From positions 197,658,001 to 197,722,000 of the forward strand of contig NC_058368.1 of the NCBI RefSeq assembly GCF_018350175.1: a DNA stretch of 64,000 nt, given 5' to 3'. Source of the DNA: Felis catus (taxonomy: Eukaryota). Both the position numbers and the translations under genes were made by a program. Below, piece after piece: positions 52,021-64,000 of the stretch (position 1 is the first letter of the stretch; the number at the start of each line of letters is the position of its first letter). The notes below the pieces were generated by a model. That model saw nothing but the letters and a program-made list of their open reading frames with translations. It made no database searches and was not told the DNA's origin.

Positions 52021-52257
52021 GGGGCACCTGGGTGGTTCAGTCGGTTGGTTACACGTCCAGCTTTCAGCTCGGGTCATGATCTCATGGTTCATGAGTTTGA
52101 GCCCCGCATCGGGCTCTATGCCGACAGCTCAGAGCCCGGAGCCTACTTCTGATTCTGTGTATCTCTCTCTCTCTCTCTGCCACTCTCCCACTTATGCTCT
52201 GTCTGTCTCTCTCTCTCTCTCCCCCCTCTCAACAACAAATAAACATTAAAAAAAAAG
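52021..52257 (+). mobile_element. Can-SINE
   Basis: GGGGCACCTGGGTGGTTCAGTCGG...AAATAAACATTAAAA. Confidence 0.92.
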
Positions 52258-52442
52258 AGCCTAGTAGATTGTTAAAGCTGGAAGGGACCTTAAAGATGTT
52301 CTGGTCTAATCTCAGTCTTTGACAGGTCAGGATAATGACTCCCAGTGGTCCCAAGGCCACCAACTATGAGGCATAGGCAAAGCTAGACTGAGTTTCCGGG
52401 TTTCCTAACTCTAAGGTGATAACTTTATCCCTGTGGCTTTAT

Positions 52443-52530
52443 TTTCCCTCCCTCCTTCTTTCCCTTCCCTTTCTTCCTTCCTCCCTCCCTCCTTTCCTCC
52501 CTTCCTTCCTTCCTTTTCCTTTTCCTTTCA
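52443..52530. repeat. Polypyrimidine (CCTT/CCCT)n tract
   Basis: Read directly. Confidence 0.9.
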
Positions 52531-52899
52531 ATTCCTACTGAGGAAGCTGGCTCAACTGCATTTAAGGATAATCTTCACAGGGTATTTTCCAGGTACACCC
52601 TACTAACTCAACCAAATCTGAAAGCAGTTGGAATCACTCGCATGCATTACAATATTCAGTGTGCTTCTGTGGTCGCCAAAGCCTGGTAATGGTTGACTGG
52701 TAATCTCTATTAAATTGACAGTAGCCTTTAACCTTGAACTTCCGATATTTATATCCATTTCTCGAATGAGGACTTTAAAGGTTAAACAGATTGGTGGGTG
52801 ATATGCAGGAGGATGGATAGGCTGAGCAATCCGTTAGCGGGCTGGACCTGGCAAGGTCCCACAGGGAAGAGAATACGAACAACGTAAAAGCGTGTGCAG

Positions 52900-53712
52900 G
52901 GTTGCAAGATGGAGAGAGAGACCCAAAGAGGTCTGTAGCTCGTTGTAGACATGCCCCCAACAGGAGCTGCGGTCTTCAGTGTAGGAACCCAGCCAACCTA
53001 CGGCTCAGCAAGGCAGGAGATGGAGAAATTCTCTGACCTCGCTCTTCTGCCGACGCCTCCCGTTGACTGAACCCAACCAGAAGCCAGAGGAAAAGACCCG
53101 ATTGATAACGGTGCCTACACAGAGCCCGGGCGGAGAAGGTTGGCATCTGGCTGTGAGAGAGCAAATGGAGCACACAGGCAGATGGTCGTGAATGGTTCTT
53201 GTTTCCGACCGCCCGGTATCTATTTTTCCTTTCCTTGGTAACAGCATTCTGGTTTTGCTTTAGGAAATGGCCCCTCCTTGACTCTTGCGTCTTGGATAGC
53301 GGTGAACTGTGTCCCCCAGGCTCCAGAGCGGGCTAGCTCCGTTCGGAGTGCCGGGCTCCACTCCGCATGCCTGACCCCCAGCCACAAGAGTTTGGTTCAG
53401 GTGGGTGCGGTCAGTGGCTCTCGGGATAAAATCAGAGGACTGCTCTTTCCCCTGGAGTCCCTGAGAACACAGAGGCTTAGAGATGCTGACAGCCATCTGT
53501 TCACCTTTAGGGGAACTGCGGAGGGAAGAAGCCATTACAAAAGGAGGAAATTGCTAGGAGGTGGAGGCAGTGAGACCAAGTCCCATTAACCTTCTTTGAG
53601 TCCCTGGATCCCACTATACATTCAGCTGTACTGGAACTTTCAGCCAGGCAGCGATACATTCGCTTTTGCCTCAATCGTTTTGAGTTGGGGTTTCTGACAC
53701 TTAAAACCAAAA
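52900..53712. mobile_element. Adjacent ancient LTR relics (LTR33-like, then MLT1-like)
   Basis: GAACCCAACCAGAAGCCAGAGG (LTR33-like); TTTGAGTTGGGGTTTCTGACACTTAAAACCAAAA (MLT1-like end). Confidence 0.5.
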
Positions 53713-56049
53713 TTCACCCCATCACTGCAAGTGGCCAGATAAGAGACTTGAAGTAGGGTAATACCAGTGGAAATGGAAAGAAAATAGGGGTGTGAAGACT
53801 GGAGAATTAATAAAGCTCTGGTGAGGTCAGGGAATAAGTGGGAAGAAGCAATAAGATTAGTAAAGTCATCCGGTAATTTGTCACTTATCCTGTAAATTAT
53901 TCCAAGTTTCGTGGAAATGTTTAAATATGGTACAGTAGAGAAGTCATTAAAAATTATGTTGGCTGTTGTTGAATTCATAAGTCAGCTTGTGATTTTATGT
54001 ATACAGGTAATGCAATTCTGTCACAAAGAAAAAAAAAAACTGTGTATGCACAGAAAATCACCTCGAATGCGGTGCACCAAGATTCTTACGTTGCCCGTCT
54101 CTCGTGAGCAGGGTAACGGATGTTAATGTTCGTTTGTGTGTCTGCATTGTTCTGCTTTTTTTGTTAATGATCATGCATTGCTTTGTAATAAGAACAAAAT
54201 GGAATAGACTTAATTATAGTCAACAATTACATTTTTCACTGCAACTGAAGAGGGTCAACGCTGATTGTAGGGGATGGGACTAGGAGACAGAAAATACCCT
54301 TGTAATTAATCAGCTAGTTGAGCTGAACTGGAGGAGGAGGGGGAGAAAACATGCCCAGATCAGGCTGGAGCCTGGTTGGAAATAGCCCAAGCTACAGGCC
54401 ATGCAGCCCTGAACTGGGAAAATACAGACAGAAGCCATTTTTACCTACTTTTCCCTCTTGAGCTGATGATCATGATATCATATGGTGTCAATTTTCCACT
54501 GAGGCGAATTTTAAACACATCTTGGACCAGACCAGACCACAGAGATTTACCATACGTGTGCCTTTTCCCTACTCGGGCAAATCCAGGAGCAGGTGAGTCC
54601 AAAAGTACTAACCTCTAGAGTTACCAAGACAGTTCACTCACTGGCTCCTCTGACTTCCTTTCTTGCAAATGCTCAGAATTCATTCATTGAGCTCAGCCGT
54701 GGTCCTTGTTGCTTAGCAACGTTAGTAGAATTGGTATATGTGCCTCTTAATCACTGCAAAGTCTTGTCCTTTATTTATATCAGAAAATAGAAAGGAGTGA
54801 AGGAGAAAAGGACTGTGGAAAATGAGGTGAAAAGGAAAATATGCCCAGAGTGGATCTTCTAACTGGAAATGAAATCATAGCATCTGAGTCATTCGGGCAG
54901 GGGGATGTTTGGCAAAAATAGTTTTGGGGCCCACCCGAGGAATTGCCTGACAGATTAAAGCCCTGAATCAGCATTTTACCTGAGCAGTCTGCACAAAAGG
55001 AGGTCCCAGGAACTTAATGGTTCAGGATCTTTCCGTCTACAAGGCCATGAAGAAAGCCCCCATTTGCTCTTTCTCTTGGATAGTTGTGATAAACAACGTT
55101 TCGTTGGAAGGACAATATCATATTAGGGTTGTTCTGAAACTCCTCTAGTTTCCCTTATAATCCTCCTGGGATTTAGAAAATGTGTATTTTTAGGTTTTAT
55201 GACTTCGGGGATAGCGTATTCCATTAATTTACTTTTGCTGGAGTCAAATCTTATTCAACTGTTTCGACGCCAGTACCTAGGGTATATTTTCATGTGGGTG
55301 AAACATCACCCTCAAAAATTCCTTACGCTATATACCTAAAGTACACTGTCTAAAAGTGGGGACTAATACTGCTGTCTCGATAAGTCCACAGAACCATTTT
55401 TCTAATGTCAGAACAGATCATTTTTCTTCTCTTAAGAACTGAATGAAGTAGTTGGCTTATATTTTGGGGAAGCTTGTTGCTTGAAAATTCAAAAATGCTT
55501 ATCTTTGAGCACCCGAATTACAAGCAGAGTGGCCAGGTTTGTTCCCAGTGAGGGACCGTGGGAGCGGAGTTGACCGAAGCAATAGCAGATTACCAGCTCC
55601 TTCCTCATTCTTCCTTGGGGGCATGCGGTCATTCGGGGGGGGGGGGGGGGGAGCAGTGAGCAGAATTGCCTGAAGTATTCAATTGGTCCTTCTCTCTCTC
55701 TCAGAGTAGGTGAAGTGAGCGTACAACGAAACTCCATTATAAGTGGTGCTTTTTTTGTTGTTGTTTAACGTCCAGTATCTTACCGCTATTTAGGCCACAA
55801 AGGATCTCTACTTCTGTGATTCAAGAGACCACTAAATAAAGGTGCAAGCTTATTTCCTGTCTTCAGCGCAGGACCAGAGTCCTGCAAACTTGAAAGAGAT
55901 CCTGAGTGATATGAACAAGTCCCCTACCCGATGTGAGAATCCTGCTGTTTGAACATCCGTAATAGAATATATCATCTTGATTAGCCGGCCACCTGGGAAT
56001 TGATGGTTGAATATCAGGCAAGCTCAAGAACCAATAAAATATTAAGTCT

Positions 56050-57010
56050 GCTGCTTCTACCTCCTTGATCCCCCTGAAATCCTTTTATACCTTTCCGACA
56101 GTGTCTCAGTTCAGAACATGATCATCTCTCACCTGGGTGATTGCAACAGCCTTCTCATTGGTCCCACTGAGGGTCAGAAGGAGACATCCTCCTCTCCTGC
56201 CCCTCCCCCCCCAGGCCACTCTGCGCACAACATCTGGAGTGACATTTCTTAAAATGTGAATCTTGGTGGGGCGCCTGGGTGGCGCAGTCGGTTGAGCGTC
56301 GAACTTCAGCCAGGTCACGATCTCGCGGCCCGTGAGTTTGAGCCCCGCGTCAGGCTCTGGGCTGATGGCTCGGAGCCTGGAGCCTGTTTCCGATTCTGTG
56401 TCTCCCTCTCTCTCTGCTCCTCCCCCATTCATGCTCTGTCTCTCTCTGTCCCAAAAATAAAAAAAGAAAAAAAGAAAAAAAAGAAAAAAAAATGTGAATC
56501 TTGGTATGTGCCACTTCCCTCCTTAAAAGCCTTCAGCGGTTTCCCATCGTTCTCAGGTTAAAACCCAAACTTCCTAGCATGGCTGCTAAGGATTTCTGCG
56601 ATTGGCCCCTGGTCTGTCTCTAACACATCACAGCACTCTCCACTCTGCGGCCCCCTCTGCAGTCCTGGTGCAGTCCTTCTGTCTTTCTGTTATGTATTGC
56701 ATTCCCTACTGCTGAGAGCAACCTTCATTTCTTCACCTGGCTGGTTGTGTCACAGCCTCCGGGTCTCTGCTTAGATGTCTCTTTCTCCAGGAAGCTTTGG
56801 ATTAGATGTCTCTTTCTCCACCGAAGCCCGGATTAGATGCCCCTCTGAGGTGTCCCCATAATATTTCATTATAGCATTTATGGTATTATATGCTTGCCTG
56901 CTTTTGTTGCTTTTTCCACAAGCCCTTAAGATAGATCAAGGCAGACGCTGTCTTGTTTAACTCAATTTTTAGCACAGCGTATGCTCAATAAATATTAGTT
57001 GAATGAGTGC
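56050..57010 (+). mobile_element. L2 3' region
   Basis: ATCATCTCTCACCTGGGTGATTGCAACAGCCTTCT...TGCTCAATAAATATTAGTTGAATGAGTG terminus. Confidence 0.78.
56268..56488 (+). mobile_element. Feline Can-SINE, young, nested in L2
   Basis: Perfect 17-bp TSD AAAATGTGAATCTTGGT at 56251-56267 and 56489-56505, at a TT/AAAA endonuclease site. Confidence 0.96.
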
Positions 57011-57074
57011 CAAAGTAAGCCGGGTTTATACTTTGGCCCTTAGTTGCCTCTTGGTAAGAGAGCTCGTCATCCAA

Positions 57075-57300
57075 GGGTGCCTGGGTAGTTCAGTTGGTTA
57101 AGCATCTGACTCTTGATTTCGGCTCAGGTCATGATCTCATGGTTCATGAGATGGAGTTCCGCACCAGGCTCCATGCTGATGGCGTGGAGCCTGCTTGGGA
57201 TTCTCTCTCTCTCTCTCTCTCTCCCTCCCTCCCTCCCTCCTCTCTCTGCCCCTCTCCTGCTCCCACGTGCTCTCTCTTTCAAAAATAAACATTTTTTTTT
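57075..57300 (+). mobile_element. Older Can-SINE
   Basis: GGGTGCCTGGGTAGTTCAGTTGGTTAAGCATCTGAC... Confidence 0.9.
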
Positions 57301-60231
57301 TAAAGTTTTTTTTTTTTAGAAGAGAGTTCTTCATACAAGACTATATAGACTATATATTTGGATGGACTGCAGATCTTGGGGGATGGTCCAGACTATATAA
57401 CTTCAACTGCAGTTAGACGGTCCAGAGTACTGGTCTAGGATTCTGGACCATTTCTGATCTTAGCTGTCACCCTCCAGTATTCTTATTGGAATCCACAAGG
57501 GATCACAGACTTCACAGGATAAGATTTTGCCAAGTTAACTTCAAAAGTCTAAATAAATAATTTCCATGGTGTCTTCATTTCTGTATTAACTGACCTAAAA
57601 AACTCTAGTCATTGAGTAAAGTGTGGGGCTTAATCCATGAGACTTAAATTATGTCTTAGAGTCTAATTTCAAACCCAGTAAGAAAGAGAGAAAAGAGAAT
57701 CTTTTCCTGGTACCTCCCACACGGGTATCCTTGCTATGATTGGACCACCTTGGATGCATCAGTTACCGTGGCCAGAGAAATTTGGTTCTCTGACTGGCCA
57801 GCCCTGTTTCACATATTTCATCACTGGAAGCAGAGACCCAGGAGAACACATGGGAGGGCGTCCGGCCATATTAGATAGCCTGGGTCCACTTGACCCTGAT
57901 ACCCAGCTGAACCAACACACTTTACTGTAGCTATGTGAGAAATCTGAGTGAGTTTCTATATTTTCTGAGCTATAAAATGGAATGGGTATAGTGAAACTTT
58001 ATTTTACGTAATGGATTATAGTTTATATCATCTCATCATTTCCCTCCATCATCTCATATACTACTCTAGGTAACCAGCCATCTTCCCCGCTATGTTCCTA
58101 CCCAGCTGGCCCGGGGAAGTGGTGGAAGATATGTTAGTTTTGGAACAGCTGTGCCTGTGATAGCACAGTTTTTTTTACAATAGTTGCAGCTATGTGAGTG
58201 ATGAAGCATTATGTATTTGTAACTTTCTATATTGTGTAAGTGGCATTATCATCTTGTTAAGATGTCAGCTTTGGTAAAGGTGTTTTTGGAACCCTTTCAA
58301 ATGAAAATTGTATTATAAAGTCAAGTAAAACATCAGGAGAACTAAGCGTAATGACTTACATAAGAGAAGACAAATTAGAGGAAGAGCCTGATGAGGGAAG
58401 CAAATGTGGTTAATTAATTCTTTTTAAGGAAAGTTTTTATTGAAGTATAAAATACACTGAGAGAAATGTGCCCAGGTAAGAATATACCTTGATAAATTTC
58501 CCCAAACTGAGAAGACTTATGTAACCTATACCCAGATCAAGGAATAAAACGTTGCTAATGCCCAGATTACCTAGTCACTGCACCTCGCTAGCAAAGGGAA
58601 CCATGATTCGAACACCTGACATCATAGATTAGTTTAGAATTTCATATAATGGGCAATTTTGATATTCTTTTCTAAAGAAGTGTTTGCTTGAGTCTTTTGC
58701 CCATTTTACTGTTTAATTGACTGCCTTTTCCTTAGTGATTATTAGGGTCTCTTCCTACATTCTGGATCGAAGTCCGTTTTCCAATATATTATCATAAATA
58801 TCTTTTGCCACTGTCTCAAAGGGACTTTTGATGAATAGAAGCTCTTCAAAATGTAAAATATAACCCAGTTGACCAGTGGCTTCTTTTGTGGTTAGTACTT
58901 TTTCTTTATATCTTATTTAAGAAACTTTGGTTACTTCAAGGTCAAAAAGATACACTCCTAAGTTTTCTCCTGGAAACTTTATTACTTTATAGTTCATACT
59001 TAGATTTATAATCCTTTCGGAGTTGATCTTTTATATGGTATGTGGTAAAGGTTAGGATGGTTTTTTTTTTCAATATACATATCTAATTGACCCAACACCA
59101 TTCACTGAAAAAGCCACTTTTTCCCATTGTATTCAGTCTCCTAAATCAGTGATGATCATGTGAGGGTCTGTTTCTGGATCCCGGTCTGTTCCTTTAGTTT
59201 GTTAGTCTACTCTTATGCTAACACCACAGTATCTTAATTTGTTTTCATATTATTTTGTATTTTCTATGGGTACAACCAGGTTTCTTTGCAATTTATGGGA
59301 GTTTTGTTTCTTTCATTCTAATCTTTGTATTTTATTTTCTTGCCTTATTATACTGGCCAGTACCTCCAGTGCCCTGTTGAATAGAAGTCGTGAAAGTGGA
59401 CATCCTTGCCTTCTTCTTGGTCATATAGAAAAACCTTTCACTGTTTTTCTATTAAGCATGATAAGGGTGTGGAATATCTTTATAAGAAGTAAGAAGGTTC
59501 CCTTGTCTCCTTGGTTTGCTAAAAGTTTTTAGTTTTTAATCCTGAATGGGTGTCAGATTTTTTAAAAGCTTCTTTTTTTTTTTTTGAGAATAATATGAGT
59601 ATTCTCCTTTATATGTGGAGAATTACATGGCTTGATGTTTCAGTGTTAAACCAACCATACATTACTAGAACAATAGATATGTGGAGCATACATATTTATG
59701 TAGAACAATATGTAGAACAATGTGTAACTCTCATTTGTTATGTCAGATACTGTGGCATTCCATTTGTTAGTATTTTGTTGTGGATTTTCAAATCTATATT
59801 TATGAGATAAATTGGTCTATCATTATCCTTCTCGTAATGCATTTTTGGATTTTGGTACCAAGGGAATTCTGGCTTTTGTTGTCTAAAAGGCTTTGTGTAA
59901 GATTGGTGTTATTCATTTCTTGAATGTTTAGAAGAATTCACCAGTGAAGTTATCTGGCTGGGCCTGGAGATTCTGTGGAAAGGTTTTTGGTTATAGATTA
60001 AATTTTCTTTAATAGACATGGACTATTTAGATTTTTAGAATTTCTTATTGAGCTGATTTGGTAAATGATGATTTTCTAGGAATTTGCCTATTTCATCTAA
60101 ATTTAAAATGTATTAACATTAAGTTATTCATACTATCCTTTTATTATCTGTGTAGTGTTTATAGAATCTCTGCTATGTTCCTTCGTTATTCCTGATGCTA
60201 GTAACTTGAGCCTTATCTCTCTCTAAAAAAA

Positions 60232-60691
60232 AATTAAAAAAAATTTTTTTTAACATGTATTCTTTTTTTCTATTATTTTTTTTAACGTTTATTTATTTTT
60301 GAGACAGAGAGAGACAGAGCATGAACGGGGGAGGGTCAGAGCGAGGGAGACACAGAATCTGAAACAGGCTCCAGGCTCTGAGCTGTCAGCACAGAGACTG
60401 ACGCGGGGCTCGAACTCACGGACCGCGAGATCATGACCTGAGCTGAAGTTGGACGCTTAACCGACTGAGCCACCCAGGCGCCCCAACATGTATTCATTTT
60501 TTGAGAGAGAGAGACAGAGCGTGAGCTGGAGAGGCAGAGGGAGAGGGAGACACAGAATCCGAAGCAGGCTTCAGGCTCCAGGCTCTGAGCTGTCAGCACA
60601 GAGCCCGACGTGGGGCTTGAACTCACAAACCGTGAGATCATGACCTGAGCCAAAGTCAGCTGCTTAACTGACAGAGCCACCCAGGCGCCCC
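60232..60691 (-). mobile_element. Nested SINE pair: younger SINE (60263-60484) in the tail of an older SINE
   Basis: Inner TSD AACATGTATTC at 60252-60262 and 60485-60495; outer TSD TCTCTAAAAAA at 60220-60230 and 60692-60702. Confidence 0.92.
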
Positions 60692-61734
60692 TCTCTAAAA
60701 AATTTTTTTAATAACAATTTGGGTAGGGTCAATTTTATTAGTCTTTTCAAAGAAGGAGTTTTGGTTTGTTAATTTTCTGTACTGTTTGCCTTATAATATA
60801 ATTAATCTTTTGCCTCTCCTATTTTCTTCATTCTTTCTTTGGGATTAACTCGCTCTTTTTTTCCTAACTTCTTGGCTGGATTTTTAGGCAACTTAAGAAG
60901 CTTTTATTTTTTATTATGTTATCAACACATTTTATATAATGTATGCATTTAAAAAGGTTATGAATTCCTCTTTAAACACTGTCTTGTTTGCATCTCCCAT
61001 GTATTAATACTTCGTATTTTAATTATTATTCAATTCAAAATACTTTCAATTCCCATGTTAATTCCTTCTGTGACCCGTAGTTTATTTAGAGGTCTACGGC
61101 TTAATTTTAAATAAACATTTCCTAGTTATTTTATTACTGATTTCTAGCTCAATTCCACATGGTAAGTGAACTGCTATGAATGACTTCATTTTTAAAAAAT
61201 TTTCTTGAGATATACTTTTGGCCAGCATATGGTCAAGTTTGGTAAATTTCCATGTGTACTTGGGGGAAAAAAAAGTATTCCACGATTGTTGGGTACAGTG
61301 TTCTGTGTATCAGTTAGGCCAGATCTGTTAATCCAGATTCTCTATCCTTATAGATTTTTGCATCTGCTTCCTGAGAACGTGTATTAATGTCTCACACTCT
61401 GATTGTGTGTGCCTTTTAGTGTTGTCCATTTTTTCTTTATGTGTTTTGAAGATATGTTATTAAATATGTAAAACTTTGTAATGAATATATCTTCCTGAAG
61501 AATTGACACTTTTTCCATTTCGAAATATTCCTTTTTTACTGCTGACACACTGGTTCTTGTCTTAAGTTTATCTGCTTAGATATTATAATAATGACACCAG
61601 TTTTCTCTGAGTTAACATTTGTGTTATATATACATACATTCATATTTTACTTGTGTCCTTATATTTAAACTATCTTTATACAAGGTAAGCGGCTTATATT
61701 TTTTTTATCCAATCTGACATTCCCCCCCCTTTTT

Positions 61735-61956
61735 CTTTTTTAATAATTTTTTTTTTCAACGTTTATTTTTTGGGACAGAGAGAGACAGAGCATGAACGGG
61801 GGAGGGGCAGAGAGAGAGGGAGACACAGAATCGGAAACAGGCTCCAGGCTCTGAGCCATCAGCCCACAGCCTGACGCGGGGCTCGAACTCATGGACCGCG
61901 AGATCATGACCTGGCTGAAGTCGGACGCTTAACCGACTGCGCCACCCAGGTGCCCC
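61735..61956 (-). mobile_element. Feline Can-SINE, young
   Basis: Full element ending CCAGGTGCCCC. Confidence 0.95.
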
Positions 61957-62861
61957 TTTTCCCCCTTTTTAGTGGTGTATTTAAACTGCATCCCAATATA
62001 TTTAGGTTTATGTCTGCTATCTATTAACTTTTATTTTCCAGTTGACCGCTTATTTTATGATTTTTTTTGTGCTTTCTTGCCTTACTTTGGATTAATAATT
62101 TATTTTCTATTATTCCATTTTCTCCTTAAGTAGCTTGTTAGATGTGTATTCTTTCAGTGGTTGCCTTAGAGATTAAAATATGCATCCATATGTTATTAGA
62201 GTTTAATATAAATTTGTACTTTTACCAATTCTCAGAAAACCTGAAGCCCTTAAACACTGTCTGTATTTATCTCCTTTTGTTTTATGTTTGGCTTTTTAAC
62301 CCTACATAGCACTTCACCACCAAAAGACATTATACGCTGTTTGTACAGTAACACATAATTAGCTTTACTTATAGATCCGCCCTTCCCATTTCTCCTCCTG
62401 CCTATCTGCATCGCCATGTTTTTGTCTGGGCTCATTTTCCTTCACAAAGAAAGCTCTCCTTACATCATCTTTAGTGCAGGTCTGATGATAAATTCGCTGG
62501 TATTTCTCTGGAAGTGTTTTATGTTTCTTTCACGTTTGAAGGATATTTTTACTGGATATGAAATTTCTAGGTTGGCAGTTTTGCTTTCTCTGAGCAGTGC
62601 AAAAATATAATTTCATTTTCTTTTGACTCCACATGTACCATTGGGAAGTCAGGTAGAAGTCTTCTTGGGCCTGGGAAGAAAAGTGTCTGTTTTCTCTTCT
62701 GGTTGCTTTAAAATTTTTCTATTTGTGTTTAAGTTTTAAGTGGCGTCTATTCATTATTTTGTACCTAGGTGTGCGTTTACTTTGTATTTATCTTGGTTGG
62801 AGTCATTGTATTTCTTGAATCTGGGGTTTGATCTATTTTAGCAGTTTTAGAAATTTCTTTA

Positions 62862-63083
62862 TTTCCTTGTTTATTTTTTAATGTTTATTAATTTTTTTAT
62901 AGAGATAGACCCAGAGTGTGAACAGGGGAGGGGCAGAAAGAGAAGGAAACACAGTCTCTGAAGCAGGCTGCAGGCTCTGAGCTGTCAGCACAGAGCCCAA
63001 CGCAAGGGTTGAACTCATGAACTGTGAGATCATGACCTGAGCTGAAGTCGGACACTTAACTGACTGAGCCATCCAGGCACCTC
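62862..63083 (-). mobile_element. Can-SINE
   Basis: TSD TAGAAATTTCTTTA at 62848-62861 and 63084-63097. Confidence 0.93.
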
Positions 63084-63439
63084 TAGAAATTTCTTTAAAT
63101 ACCACCTTGCATCTTTCTTTTCTTCACCTTTCTCAGATATCGATTGTATTTATGTTAGACCTTTTCAGTGTGTCCTATCTATCTACAATGTGAATTTTTT
63201 GCGTGTTCCATTCTGGCTTTGTCTCTATGATTGAGTCGCTATGTGTTCCTTCTTCCTGTCTCCCTGTTTAATGCTCTTTCGTCCATATTCCATCTGTATT
63301 AAACCCACCTATTAAATTGTTAATTTCAAAAATGTATCTTAATGTTCTAAAATTTTCCTTTTTGTTCTTATTTTAAAGTTTTCTTGTGAAATTCTATCCA
63401 TCTTGCCATCTATTTTTTTAACATATTAATTATAGTCTT

Positions 63440-63656
63440 AAAAAAATTTTTTTTAAACGTTTATTATTAAGAGACAGAGAGAGACAGAGCATGAGCAGGG
63501 GAGGGGCAGAGAGAGGAGGAGACACAGAATCTGAAGCAGGCTCCAGGCTCTGAGCTGTCAGCACAGAGCCCGACACGGGGCTCGAACTCACAAACCACAA
63601 GATCATGACCTGAGCTGAAGTCGGATGCTTAACCGACTGAGCCACCCAGGCGCCCC
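63440..63656 (-). mobile_element. Can-SINE
   Basis: Full element; flanking repeat TTATAGTC. Confidence 0.93.
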
Positions 63657-64000
63657 GGTTATAGTCATTTTAAAGTCTGTGTCGTACAATAACTGCAGTG
63701 CCTGGGTCACCCACTAGTGATCCATTCTGTATCCAACATGAATTTTGTTACCAAGAGGAAGACTGTTAGACAGGAAATCCCAAAGAAGTTTGCCACGCTC
63801 CCCAAGAGTAGATTTATTTTAAGTAGAAGATGATGCCATCAGATTTAACCAACGTTTCTGTAGTACCAATGTTCCAAGGCACTTTTTTAAATGCTAAACT
63901 GCATAGCTTGATGGTAAGATACCAAACATTAACCTTCACTGATTTCACTTATGTTGATCTCAACTCCTGGCCTTCTGTGCATTACCTTCCTGTCCCATTT

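Larger units (their letters stand above)
58430..63720 (-). mobile_element. Ancient L1 (L1M-type), about 4 kb after removing SINEs, heavily degenerate
   Basis: Begins TTTTTATTGAAGTATAA (L1 3' end antisense); T-rich ORF2-like text (GTTGAATAGAAGTCGTGAAAGTGGACATCCTTGCCTT, AGAATTCACCAGTGAAG); five SINE insertions. Confidence 0.85.

Noticed and set aside
52..63645. Recurrent ORFs such as MAQSVKRPTSAQVMIS... and ...RQRETEHERGRGRERGR...
   Set aside because: Translations of Can-SINE copies, not a gene family

Overview
Mammalian (felid) genomic DNA: about 29 tRNA-derived carnivore SINEs of the feline Can-SINE/SINEC_Fc type, mixed with ancient MIR, L2, MaLR/ERVL LTR, hAT-Charlie (MER5/20/33/58) and L1 relics. 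The main functional landmark is a CpG-island promoter at about 14.1-14.9 kb. It most likely drives a + strand gene with two candidate first-exon donors (14403, 14642) and a well-formed 73-nt internal exon about 18.5 kb downstream (33012-33084). The rest looks like upstream and intronic sequence. I cannot identify the gene, and no convincing long CDS is present; the listed ORFs are best explained as repeat- or GC-derived. I see no evidence of a novel multi-gene system. The best leads are a first-exon-dependent uORF arrangement overlapping a strong-Kozak ATG, and several small structural or insertion oddities. Repeat family names are from recognition by eye, not a database search.
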